A stretch of DNA of 64,000 nucleotides, taken from the NCBI RefSeq assembly GCF_009914755.1, contig NC_060935.1; one strand, 5' to 3'. This document shows, in pieces, positions 26,471 through 39,011 of this stretch. The position numbers and the translations under genes were made by a program. Source of the DNA: the human T2T-CHM13v2.0 reference genome, Homo sapiens. Below the pieces are notes generated by a model. It was not told the origin of the DNA, did not search any database, and worked only from the letters and a program-made list of their open reading frames with translations. Positions within the stretch are counted from its first letter, which is position 1, and every line of letters starts with the position of its first letter.

Positions 26471-28884
26471 ACCATAACCAGGCTTTCTAACCAGCTAACT
26501 TGTTGCACACATTTGATTCTAGTGCAATAATCTCAAATGGAGGTCCTCAGAGATAGCCTGATGGGAGTTGGATTCATAGATCTCAGAAGGGTGAGATGGA
26601 TTCTTCTGCTAGGATCTGCTAGAGAAATTGCTACCATGCAGCCCAAGGCTTACCTATTTTATAAAACAAGAAACTATTAGGCAAACATTAGCACTTCAAG
26701 CTTTTCTAATATGTCAGAGAAGGAGACAAGTTTTTACTTCTTGACTTTAAGTGACCTACCCCATTTTTCCATCTCCATATCACATTCCTCAGAGTCTCAG
26801 TCTCTGTGTTATGTTGGCTTCTTTGCCTGGAAATTAATAAAAAAGAACATATCATTAAACTCAGCCTTCAAACTCCTTGATCTGTCTTCCTTTACTCAAC
26901 AAACATTAGCTACCTACCACCCATCTGTACTCTGTAGAATTGAATAGTCTGTATAAGTTGTGTTTGGGCTTTATGACATACAATGTATTTAGGGAAAAAC
27001 TGTCTTTTAATAGGACCCTTCTTTGGATGGAGTCCTAGTGTCAGTGAAGATTCAGTCCATGTTAGTACCCCAAGTAGGCTAGTAGTCTGGTACCCTTTAA
27101 ACTTATATTCCATTAATACTTTAACATTTATTTATAGGAAAAGATACACGGTGTGTGGAGTATGAGGAGAGGTTAGCAAAGAAAGACCATTATTTATGGC
27201 TTTCAGGCTTTCTTTTATTATGCTGAGAAACTCAGCTCAGGTTCCAAAAGTTCAAACTCACTACAAATCATAAACGTGGAGCTGGTCATACCTAGTCTCC
27301 TCAGAAGAAAGTTTTAACAGTCCTTGTTCTCTGAATGTAATTTGGGTTGTCACTAACATCCTCCCAAAATAAGAAGCTTATCAAAATAGTCCTTCTAATC
27401 ATTTAAGAGTATTCTTGAGAGGTCAATTTTGTTACATTTCCAGTATTTATTTGTGTGTGTCTCTATAAGAGATCTGCCATGTTTTAAAGTAAAATATATT
27501 GCCATCAAATGTTTTTGACTGTTTGACTAGTTGATCACTCTTATTAGCTGTGTTTGTAATATTATTAAGACATTAGTTGCTTTTTGCAATAATACAAAAT
27601 TAAGAGCTGCCAACATTTCCTTGCTCAGTACCTAAGCCCTTAGATCCTCACAGCAATCAGAAATGAATTAGGAGAAGTGTTTTAGTTACTCTTGTAATTC
27701 AAGGCCTTTACATTCAATCAGAAAGCCTTACACAGTCACCCTGTTGGCCAATTCAGAATATTTTGAGAACAGTTCTCCATTCTTTTACTCCTATCAGAAT
27801 CTCCCATTTTGCACCTTCCAATATTACAAAACTTTAAGATACAACACAGTTAAGGGGAGGCATGCAGTGTCCCATTTTACTATGGGTGTTAAAGTCTGAA
27901 GGATTGAAAGTCAGAATCAAGAATCACATTTGAAACATGGCCAGTTAAGAGGCTTGGGGTTTTCATGCACAACGCTTGCAAGAAGAACAAAAGACTACTT
28001 CAAAATGATTCGTAAGTTCAACACAGGATCTGTCAATAGAAATACTAGATGATCGCCTAACCCCATGAAGAAAAAGGGACAGGAAATTGGCAGCTGGCTC
28101 TATGAAATCTGCCTTCCTTTTGTAAGCCTTGAGGAAATCTTAGGAAGTGTTCAGAAGTTATGAGCTAGGTCAAAAGCAGTATAAACACTGTATTGGCTTT
28201 CAAGCACTTGTTCTAGGGTAGTCCACTCAAAGATGAGAAAACTAGAAAGAGTAATGATGTAATGAACATATTCTAAAACAAAAAAGAACATTTGCAGAGC
28301 AGAGATGTATTAAAACAATGTACTATATAAAATAGAAAATTATTTTAAATAAATATGCACCTACATGTGTTATTAATAAAACAACAAACAGTCTCGGTTT
28401 GGTTTTAAGTGAGCCTAATTAAATTGCACTCTTCTTTTCTTTCTTCATCTAGAAACAATTGAGAAGCAGACACAGAAGTCAAACTTTTTCAATAAGCTAA
28501 ATTGGAAGAAAGGGCTTAGCACACGGTGTTTCCTAATCTTTCCTGCCAACCATTTATTTAAGCTCAGATCTTGGGAAGCCCATCTAAGGGCTTCCAAAGA
28601 GAAAATGCTACTTATCAAGAATCATGCCTTTCCTGTTGCAGAGTAGAAGTAAACAAAATCAAGAAATCTCCAATGCTCACACAATTTTAACAGGTTTGGC
28701 CAATACAACAGAGACGTGAAAACCAACAGATGTCCCCCACCAATCCAGGTAACTCATTCCTCCTCCATGGGAAGAAAAAAAGAATGGAGACAAGGTGGGG
28801 AAAGGAGTGAAATGGTATCAAGGAGAGCAGAGGAATAAGCATTCCATTATAATTGTCTTTTTTAACCAATTTGGAGAAGAAGGT

Positions 28885-29316
28885 TGCTATAGTTTGGATA
28901 TTTGACCCTCCAAACCTCATGTTCAAAGTTGACCTACAGTGTGGGAGGTGGAGCCTAATGAGAGGTGTTTGGGTCAGCAGGTAAATCCCTCATGAACATC
29001 TTTGTGTCATTCTTGCAGGAATGAGTGAATTCTTGCTCTATCAGGACCTGTGAGACTTCCCTCAAGAGCTGGTTGTTAAAAAGAGCCTAGGACCTCTTCC
29101 CTCTCTTGCTTCCTCTCTTGCCTTGTGATCTTCACATCCTGACTCTCCTTCACCTTCCACTCTGAGTGGAAGTTTCCTGAGGCTCTCGCAAGAAGCAGAT
29201 ATCGGCACCATGCTTCTTTTACAGTCTTCATAGTCCTGAGAACAAGTAAGCCTCCTTTCTTTTTAAATGACCTAGCCATAGCTATTTCTTTATAGCAACT
29301 CAAATGGGCTAAAACA
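28885..29316 (+). mobile_element. MSTB-like MaLR solo LTR
   Basis: 'tgctatagtttggatatttgaccctccaaacctcatgtt...tagcaactcaaatgggctaaaaca'; TSD aaggt/gaggt. Confidence 0.88.
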
Positions 29317-29947
29317 GAGGTCAATGGACTATCAGAATGTTCTTCCACCATTTTCATGAGATGGCTACCCCAAACCTGACCAGGGACAATTTTGGGTGTC
29401 CTCCTGGGGACTACTGGTAGGCAGAATGCATTTTGCCTCCAGGAAACTATAGAATGGGTTATTCAGTATGTATTAACTAAATTACCCACAATTCTACACT
29501 AAACTCAAAGATGAACAGTTACACAGAGTTTACTTCTTATCCCAAATTAGTTCTAGCCACATTCATCTTAAATGCTCTTAGAGGTTCTGTATAAGATTAA
29601 TTGATAAAATAAGATCTTATTATAAAATTTCACACAACACAGAGATGCCCCAAAATACTAATTAAATCCTTTCATCAAATAAAATTACCAGGGATAAGCA
29701 TATTCAGAGCTTTAAATCCCTTTGCCGTTGTAAATTCATGTCCAAAGGAAAATTATCTATCAGGTTTTTGTGAGTTAAAGTACAAAAGTAATTCAACATT
29801 CTTAAGTCATTGAAATGAATGAAAGTCTTTGCCATTTTAAAATTTCTTGTTTGATTGTATCCTAGCTAGATGGCTTCCTCATCCCTGAAACAAGTTGAAG
29901 TTTGGCTGTGGTCTGTCTCATCACTGTCTTCCACTGGAATAGACATA

Positions 29948-30320
29948 TGTGTTAGTTGGCCAGGGATGTCATAAAATAATTCAACACACTGGTGGCTTAA
30001 GCAAAAATTATACTTTTTTCTCATAATTTTAAAGGCTAGAATTCCATGGTCAAATTGTTGGCAGGTTTGGTTTCTTCTGAGGCTTTTCTCTTTCTCACCG
30101 TGTCCTCACATGGTCATCCCTCTGTCTCTGCACTTGTCCTTTGTGTGTTCAAATTTCTTCTTTCTGTAAAGGGTCAGCCATATTGGATTAGGGTCCACTC
30201 TAAAGACCTCATTTTAACTTAATAACCTCTTAAAACCTTATCTACAAGTTCATACATGCTCAGGTACTGGGTGTCATAACTTCAACATATCAATTTTAGG
30301 GGAACACATTTTATGCCCGC
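29948..30320 (-). mobile_element. MLT1 (B/C-like) MaLR LTR
   Basis: 'ggtggcttaa...ctcataattttaaaggctagaattcca...ggattagggtccactctaaagacctcattttaactt'. Confidence 0.8.
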
Positions 30321-32419
30321 AGGAGTGTCATCTGTCAAGATTCTGGAAATTTAAATAATTCTATGCCAACTCTGATGGATTCAAAGTGATCTGAAGACAG
30401 ACAAAATGGATGCCCCAACTCCCAGAAAATTAAAAAAAAAAAAGCAAGGAAACACCTATAGCAGTTGATTCAGGATGTGTTTTATTTTATTCTTGAAATT
30501 AAGGATTTACTATTGCCGAGGTCCGTTGAAGGGACTCAGTGGTGGCTGACGGAAAGAGGCAGGCAGAGAAACCCTTCCTTGTATTAGGTTTTCTAAAATG
30601 CCAGTCAACTTAAGTCTCCCTGGAGACTATGGCCTTGAGGTTATTTTCAACAGGGAGAAATCTCCTATAAGTAGTTTATTGCCATTTGTTTGCCATTTGT
30701 CTAGGGGAAAATTCCAATTATATATAGTATCTCTTCATGCAGAGTGACCTTCAAGAGAATTATACTTTATTAGCCCTTAACATTCGCAAAAGTGGCAGCT
30801 ACTTTTTGAGCTACTGTTTATTCTCATTCAGAATATTAAAAATCTCTTGACTTCCACTTTCTCTTTGGTCCCCATATTTCTGGCACCTCCATGGTAAATT
30901 GAGGGAGCCTCTACCTGGCAGAAGCGTCTGCAGATTCTTTTGTGAGTGCACATTTTATACCTGTGCCAGCAGTTTGTGCCTCTTGCTATAATCAGTTAAG
31001 CCTAAGAAAGCTGTTTGCTAGGGAGTTTCCAAACTGCTGTTGTTGCCTTGGAAGCTAGAGTCCTCCGGAGGACCGACATTTCTGCTTATGCTTCTCAGTT
31101 GTATCTCTCCAGCTTTTGAATGTTTCAAACAGTGAACAGCATTTGCTTTTTGCTACAACTTTTTCTTAAGTAGTGGCACATGCCTCTAGTATTCTGCTTT
31201 CTTCTTCTATCAGTCTGCACTTTCCGAAAGTTTACCCACTTGACTTTCAAAGAGTTGACCCGTTTATTTGGTTTCTTTTTATCTTTATTTTATATCTGGC
31301 TAGAGCTCTTTGCTAGATGTGAGTGTCTTTTTTTTTATTATTACTTTTCCTTTGCTCTCTATCGCCAATTTTGTTTTTCTTTAGATTTATTTTTCAGTAA
31401 GCTCTAGTAAAATTTCACAATAAGTGTTATGAAACTAGTAAGTTCTCAGTCTGTCAAAAACACCTATAATTCCCCATATTGAATTGAATCATCCTGTCTG
31501 ATGAGTAGTCTCCTGTCTGATAGCAAATAACCTAGATTTAGTGTCAGACAAAACGTTCTATAAGTATTAAAGGAGGGAGATGAGTTTGTTAACAAAACAA
31601 AATCAAGCTGATCACATATTTCTCCAGTTCACAAAGTGAATGGAGGATGTGCACATGCTTTCAAAAGACGTAGGGTTCAACTCAGAGTCTACATTGAGCA
31701 GAAGTTCATTTGTTAAGACATTCTCACTTATTCAAGAGCCCAGTAACTTTGCTGCCCATATGGACCTCAGAAAACATTGATTCAAAGAGCTACTTAAGTC
31801 AACCTAAAGAAGATAAAGTAAAACACTGAGTTGAGTAGTAAAACACCAGAAGAGTGCGATGGGTACTATAGCAGGTAAATATATATGATTTAGGGACATA
31901 CAAAACCCAAAATTTTTTTGCAGGAAAGCATGCCAAATGAAAATAAAATAAAGCAAAACATAACTTTGACATTTTCTAGGGGTTTAACTCCAAAATATAT
32001 GAGATTTCAGGATATGGTGGTAAGAGGTGATAATAATATATTAACAATCAAAATGTTCATATATAATAAGGAAGCACCACAGTCATTGGATTATTCCCTA
32101 GTTTTACAAAAAGGCTAAACTATGATTAGATTAGATTTTAAAAGTAAATATAATTACCAGTAAAGTGTTCAAACAGCACATAAAACTAAAAAAACAAGGA
32201 AAATAATCAACCTATGAAGTCGATCTTGAAAAATAAATATGTTTTCTGTATGTTCTAGCATTCTGTAATGTGTATGTGTTAATTTTAAAGGCAGTGGAAA
32301 AAAGTTATAAAAATGTGAGTGGATAATTACAATAGGTATAATTCATAGATAAGCTAAAAAGAAAATAAAAACTATATATAGTTTTCTTATGGAAACCACT
32401 TTAAACTTCTTGCTTCCAG

Positions 32420-32596
32420 GCAAGTGTTGGTGCAGGATAACTTTAGAGGCTGCCAGTGTAACTAACCTTCTGCTGATCACTCCATTCAAGCTGCTCAAAT
32501 AGTCCTTCCAAGGTCACAGGCCAGCGACAGCAGGGATGACTAACAAAAACCTGAAATGCATAGTATGCAAGAAGGAGTGTTGTAAGAACTGTGTAG
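32420..32596 (+). ncRNA. Candidate internal exon
   Basis: Acceptor 'aaacttcttgcttccag|'; donor 'tag|gtgaga'; unique, GC-richer than AT-rich flank. Confidence 0.4.
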
Positions 32597-32677
32597 GTGA
32601 GATAATTCTGCTGAACTCCAAATGCTCCAATTAGACAAGGGGATTTCATGTATTTTGGCGGAATTCTCAGTCTTCAG

Positions 32678-32835
32678 GTGATATTGAAATGGAGGCTGTA
32701 AGGTTTAGGTTTTAATAATACAGGTTTCAAAACCAGGCAGCAACACATACTAGCCATGTAAACTTGAGCTATTTAATTTGCCTGGTTGTTGCTTAGTCCT
32801 TCTTTGAAAATTAAAATTCTGTTCTCTGGAAATAG
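32678..32835 (+). ncRNA. Candidate terminal exon, partly MIR-derived
   Basis: Acceptor 'ttctcagtcttcag|' after an 81-nt GT-AG intron; ATTAAA at 32810-32815 followed by GT-rich 'taggttgttg'. Confidence 0.4.
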
Positions 32836-33130
32836 TGATTTAGGTTGTTGTAATTCTGAGTGGATTAAATGAGATAATACACAGAAAGGTTTAGAGGTAA
32901 AGATACATAATGAATAGAGTTAGTGGTTAGCAAAGTGACTTCAGAGGCACATTTTGTGGATTTTTATCTCAGTTCCATCACTTTGTTAAGCAACCGAATC
33001 TTTCTGTGCTTCAGCTTCCCCATCTGCAATATAGCAATAGTAGTAGTACAACTATGGAGAGTTATTTTGAAGCTAAATGAGTTTATACATAGTAAGGCTT
33101 AGAAGAATGCCTGACATTTGATGAGCTTTT
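32715..33130 (+). mobile_element. Two tandem MIR copies
   Basis: 'tactagccatgtaaacttgagc...ggattaaatgagataatac' and 'ctgtgcttcagcttccccatctgcaat...ctaaatgagtttatacat'. Confidence 0.65.
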
Positions 33131-33154
33131 AATAAAAATGTCAGAAATCTTTTT

Positions 33155-33290
33155 GTCACTATTTTATAGATAAGAAAACTGAGGCACAGAGGAGTTAAGT
33201 AGTTTGCCTAACTAGTCACTAACAAGTTAAAAGAGCTTACTTTCAAACCCAGGCATTCAGGCTTTGCAGTTTGCATTCCTAACCACTGCA
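33155..33290 (-). mobile_element. MIR SINE
   Basis: 'attttatagataagaaaactgaggcacagaggagttaagtagtttgcc'. Confidence 0.75.
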
Positions 33291-33828
33291 TGGAGTTCAT
33301 TCAATACATAGTGGGTTTTTATTGTTATTAGTTAAGTTAAAGGTGACATATTAGGCTGATCTCAAAACATGTTCCACGAACTAGTAAGGAGAGGGTAAAG
33401 GCATGCTTATTTCTTATATAATAAACAATTCTCCAATTTATATATATATTACCATATTTAATTCTTCATCTCTATCATGCATGTAGTATGATTTCCCATA
33501 AGGAAATTGAGCCTGAGGGAAGACATGCCTTAATTATGGATGGAATAACATTAGAATTCAAATCTGCCTAACCTCAAAGCCTGAGTCTTGTGATTATACA
33601 ATACTGCTTCCAATATCTTGATATTTGCTCTAATAATGTTCAGTGTGTCCCTGGGACAGTTACCATACTCAGAATCTAGGTTTGCCCTAGAAAATGAACA
33701 TTCCCGTTGCCTTGGTTTTCCTGCAAGTCTTAATCTCTGAGAAAGCCAAAATAGATAATCAAGAGATAATATAAAGTGAAGTGAACAGAACTTCATTAAC
33801 CTTATCTGCACAAAAGAACGTTTTCTAA

Positions 33829-34263
33829 TGTGAAAATGAAAGAATCAAGATGGAGTCACTAATGTTAAGAAAACTTTGACAAATAGAGCCAGGGAACGCC
33901 ATGAAGAGAAGGTTCTCACACTTGTATGCCTGATAATAAAACAAATTCTACAAAAATCACAACCTTGAACAAAGGTTTGATTTGTAACCTTGCACAAACT
34001 TACTTAAAACAATACTTATGCATGGAAATCTTCTCAACAATTGCCTGTCCAGCCTCAAGCTGTAATTGATTTACGTAGCTACGGATAATTACTACAATTA
34101 TGCACTTCTCATTTTTTTTCCTTCAAAAACCTTTGCCTTCCTTTACCTCCCTGACTATGCACATAGTTGATAATGGCATACATATCCCCATTGCAATACT
34201 CTATTCCCAAATAAACATCTTTTCCTCTAGAGAGTCTCTCTCTGTTTGTTATTCAGATTGACA
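33829..34263 (+). mobile_element. MER65-like ERV1 solo LTR
   Basis: 'tgtgaaaat...caagatggagtcactaatgttaagaaaac...aataaac...attgaca'; TG...CA; 4-bp flanks ctaa/ctag. Confidence 0.75.
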
Positions 34264-34519
34264 CTAGGAAATCTATCACGGGCTCGTGATAAAAGTAATA
34301 CAATAATTCTCATCTTCAAAGAACTTTGATATTGCTAAGATGTTCTACTTGGCAGAAAACATTGATATCCCCTCCATTTTTTTTTTTCTAGAATCTAAAT
34401 CCTAGGATTCCTTGACATTCTGTTACTGAGAGTCTGCAGTCTCAAGACTTTAAGGATAATAGTTCCAAAGGAATGTTATCTGTACGTTTTTTCTGAGTAA
34501 ACACTTCCATTTCAAGCAA

Positions 34520-35078
34520 AACATTTGGGATTCTATTTGTTGGCTGTTTCTCCAGCTTCCATTTCCCTCCCCCTTTTTTTTTCTGCCATCAGCGCTTTTA
34601 ATTTCCTTTTGGTAAATTACTTTTCTACCATTGTGTTACAGCCTTGCTATTTGGTGGAAATGACCTCACTCTTAGCATCAGGGGTGTGGCTGATTGGCTT
34701 AACCTAATCTATGCCCCACCCCTTCTGGCATTTATTCCTTCTAGCCACAATAATTGGCTCAGGAATTGATACATGATCCAATTGGGGCTAATGAAAGAGA
34801 CTGAATCCAAAAACATAAGCAGAAGCCTGCTTGGGTCCTCCTCTCTCATTGCTTGGAGTCATACTGGTGAGTATAGGATAAATTCTGGAGCCTGGAATAT
34901 GAAAACTGACTGTCAACACATGGTAGAGTTGTCACTGAGCTGCTGCCTCCAGCTTCAGTAGGGACCAGTTCTATCTCTAAACTGTTTCAGTTTTGTGATG
35001 CAATAAATTCCACTTACTGCTGCTGTGGTTTAGATTGTATTTCTGTTACTTAGAGTTGTAGAGAGTCCTAAGCAATAG
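34520..35078 (+). mobile_element. Old ERVL-class LTR (LTR16/LTR33/LTR67-like)
   Basis: 'ctagccacaataattggctcagga...caataaattcc...atttctgttactt...agagtcctaa'. Confidence 0.5.
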
Positions 35079-36439
35079 CATGTTTCATCAGGGAAAACCC
35101 TACCAGATCCAGTAACCCCTAAAATCCTAATGGTTCTTATGGAAAAGTAAATCAAACACACAAATTAGAAATGCAATGTCTTCTCTCACAGTGTAAGAAG
35201 CACATTTAGTGATTTTCAAAAGTCCTCTTAGTTTCTGCAGCAAATGTTTAATGGACTTTTTAATCTACTTCTTATTGTAACATAGCCATATGTAGCTCCA
35301 GGGTAGACTGCCTCACACGTCAGGTATTATGTTACCAACATCATGTTACAGGGGAATACTGTGTGACTTCTTTTCTTGTATTAGAGAGTCTACTCAAAAT
35401 ACTGGCCTTATGATGATTCCATTGTGAATCCATGGCATCATATTGCTATTCTGATCTAGTGGTGTAATAACAGGGTAAAATAGTGCCACATAGAAAGGGT
35501 AAGCTCCAAGCATGGAGTGTGTGGTAGCCAATATGACACTACACTAAACTTGGAAAAACTATTGGATTTAGGCCTGTGTGAGTTGCTAAAGAAAGAGACA
35601 AATATTCTGAATATTATTGGATGCAGTAAAAATTATTATGCTTTTGAATTTGATTTTCAACTTTTAGAAAAGTGTGAAAGCTCATATTTGAGTAGTATCT
35701 ACTATATATGCACACATTACATAGGAGGATTCTATATGTAATTGTATATTTATATAGATGAATATATATCTCTCTTTGTCTCTTGCTATATGTGTGTGTG
35801 CACGTTTGTGTGTGTGTGTATGGTGTGTAAGAATACATATATATTTATGTATATATACACATACACATCATATATGTATATATGTAGGCCTTGTAACTTT
35901 TCCTTATTGATATACCTTTTTCTTTCTAAAATATGAACAAAACAGAACAAAACAAAACAAAACAAAACAAAAAAACACCAAACACTGAAACTGAGATCCT
36001 GAGTGGTGTGAGGCCATTCAGAACTCCTCAATCCACCCCTCATAGCAATGGTAATGGTGTAGTCAGGGATCCAGGAAATTTTAGTCTAGTATGTGAAGAA
36101 AACTCTGAATCTCAAGATATCAGTAAAATAAATATGCTCTTATACACTTGAATATTGCTGAAAAACATGGTTAAATTTAATGGTTTGTTAGAAATAAAGC
36201 AGTCAAGGCCTGAGAAATGAAAGTTTATGGCTGAGCACAGGCAGTCCATGGTTCTCAACGGGCCAGGCAATCAATGCGCTTTCTCAAATCACATGCTTCC
36301 CTTCTCCTTTTGGCACCCAAGGACAGTATTGCTGCCATGGCTGCCCTTGGGACTAGGAAAATAGCTATTTGCAACTCCGAAGAAAGAAGATCATTGATTC
36401 CAGTTGACACTGACAAATGGAAATTATGCTGTTTGCTAT

Positions 36440-36630
36440 ATATTTGAAAGAGATCTGGCTTTGGAACCAGAGACACTGGAATTAAATCCTGCACAGGTAT
36501 CTTAGCTGCTTAGCTTTGGGCGAGTTATTTAACTTTCAAATGCCTACATTTTCACATTTGTTAAATGCATATAATAAAATTTGGTAGGAGGATTACATAT
36601 AACATGAATGAAACCACTTAGTATGCTTAT
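36440..36630 (+). mobile_element. MIR SINE
   Basis: 'ggctttggaaccagagacactggaattaaatcctg...tttgggcgagttatttaac'. Confidence 0.65.
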
Positions 36631-37344
36631 TGAAGGGTATGAGGATCACTTAGTGGGTGAGTCCATGGTTTAGTTGTACAATGCTTAAGGCTACTGGGCC
36701 CTCTGCAGATTCCTAGCACAAGGAAGCTATTAATTCAAGTGAAAAGAAGAAACTAATAAAAACAATTTTTTACAAAATGTGGTGGATGGGCTGACTGGAG
36801 TATTGTCCAGCTAGACCTAAAAATATGAAATTATACTTCAAAACAGTATGAATTTCCTCTCATTCTTTAATTAGAACTGTTTTCCAATTCATATCTAAGC
36901 ACTTTGATATTTTTTTCAGCTTAAACATTTTTTTTTTCTGTCCTAGCTAGAAGAATGTTTCAAAGAGGCATAGGGCTTATTTAGTGTAGTACAAAACATT
37001 GTGGAAGAAATCCGAGAGCAGGAAGTCAGAAAATATTTGTTCCAAAGCTGCCTTTATCAGTTCTAAATACTTCAGTTTCCTCATCTAGGCAATAAAATGA
37101 TTTTTCAGTCCCAGCCAGGTATAAGGTCCTATGTTACCCCAGGTCACCCCATAAAATGCTAGCTTCATTCACTTCTATTTAACAAGAAGGACTTTTTGAA
37201 GAATCATTTTAGCTTCATTATTCAAAAAGAACAAACTAGTATCTGCACATGTCATCAATGAAGGGTTGTTTCTAGTCTTTGCCATAATTCACACTGTTAC
37301 TTCCAAAATGTAATCACTATTAATTATAATCCTGACTCAAAATA

Positions 37345-37610
37345 GTAATAACAGCTAACTTTCTTGAGCACTTTTTTCTTGCACCAGAAACTGTTCTTAT
37401 CAATTTACATATATTAACCAGTTCAAACTTCACAAGTCTAATCGGATAGGTTTTATTATTATAATTGTCCTCACTTTAAAGGTGACACATGTACATGGGC
37501 AAAGAGAAGTAAAGTCAGTTGTTCATATTTTCTTCTCTAGTAAATATTGGAGCTGGAACTGGAACCCAGACCGTCTATTTCCTGAGCCTAGACATTTATT
37601 GACTACACAA
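37345..37610 (-). mobile_element. MIR SINE
   Basis: 'aataacagctaactttcttgagcac...ggagctggaactggaacccag'. Confidence 0.65.
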
Positions 37611-38881
37611 CACAGCAAAATGTAATTGTTGCTCCACCATTTTACCCATGTGCCCTTTTTGCAATACTAAGTAGATTCGCACAATATGTTATAAGTGAAA
37701 TATAAAATTACATAATGCAGATTGTGTCTCCCTCTCAATACTTTTTTGCAACAAAATGATCAATATTAGGGGCAGTAGGGATATGTGAGTCTACATTATA
37801 ATAGGACTATTAAACAGGAAAATTATAAAATTGATAAAAATAAGCATTGTGATTTTAATAAAGTTTTTAAAAAAATAATGGGAATTATGAAACTAACCAA
37901 ACACCGGAGTACAGAAAGTTCGAGACAATAAAAATATAGGAACTAAAAAATAAATATTAAAATACAAAGAATTAAATGTGTCATGTACATGTTTTAGCTG
38001 AATCAAAGAGTAAACACAAAACCATTTCCAAAGCACAAAATAATTTTCAGTTTTGCCAATTGTTGAATTTTTAAATCCTGTGCAATTTATTCTACTAATT
38101 GTTTTGAAAGTAAAATATGAAGTATTGATATATATTTTTTCATATTTGCAAAAAAGCTAACTGCCTTCCTGGAGGGAATGGAATTGGGTTATTCCTCATC
38201 TTTCCTTTATGTTTTAAATATATTCTCTCTTTTGTCGCCAACTTTGGACTGAATTATTCTGTTCTTTTATCCAGTATGTCAAATTCTCATTCTCTTACAG
38301 AGGAACAAATAAGCTAAACTAATTAATTTCCTGTAATGAAAAGGAGTGTGTTTTCTGACTCTTTTTACACATCAACTATTCACTTAACGTTTGCCACGTC
38401 TACAAAAAGGGAATGACAACAAGAATAGCCATAGGGTAATAAAAGTCTACTTATACAAACAAACAAACAAACAAAATAAAAACAGCTAAAAAATTAAAAA
38501 GCAAAAGAATAAATTTTTAGATTATTCTTTTCTTTCTGCCTTTGCACGTTTTTTAATTTTTCAAAGTAGAAGGAAAGAGAGAAGAGCAAAAAAGGGAAAG
38601 TGTTGTATAGTTATGAGAGAAAATGGGCAGGGAATATTTTTCCTAAATTATTTCTACTTCTCACTTATGTTCTCCATTCTCGGCTTTTGTTTTTTCTCCC
38701 CAGGCACCTGGTCTCTGTTGGAGAGGCAACTCAATGACTCCCAGGAATCCAATGCCACATGCTAGTTTTATAATTAGAGTCCACATTATAATTACCCTCA
38801 CGTATATAATCAGTTCCTGAACATCTTCAATCACTCAAGCTCTATCTTTGAGTGATAAGGCAGGAATAAGTTTTGTCTTGC

Positions 38882-39011
38882 TTTTTTTTTTGTTGTTTTT
38901 TTTTTGAGACGGAGTCTCGCTCCGTCTCCCAGGCTGGTTTGCAGTGGCGAGCTCTTGGCTAACTGCAAGCTCCGCTTCCCGGGTTCATGCCATGCTCCTG
39001 CCTCAGCCTCC
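38882..39011 (-). mobile_element. Truncated AluY-like fragment (3' part of right arm)
   Basis: Poly(T) then 'gagacggagtctcgctc...tgcaagctccgcttcccgggttcatgcc...cctcagcctcc' ending abruptly. Confidence 0.9.
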
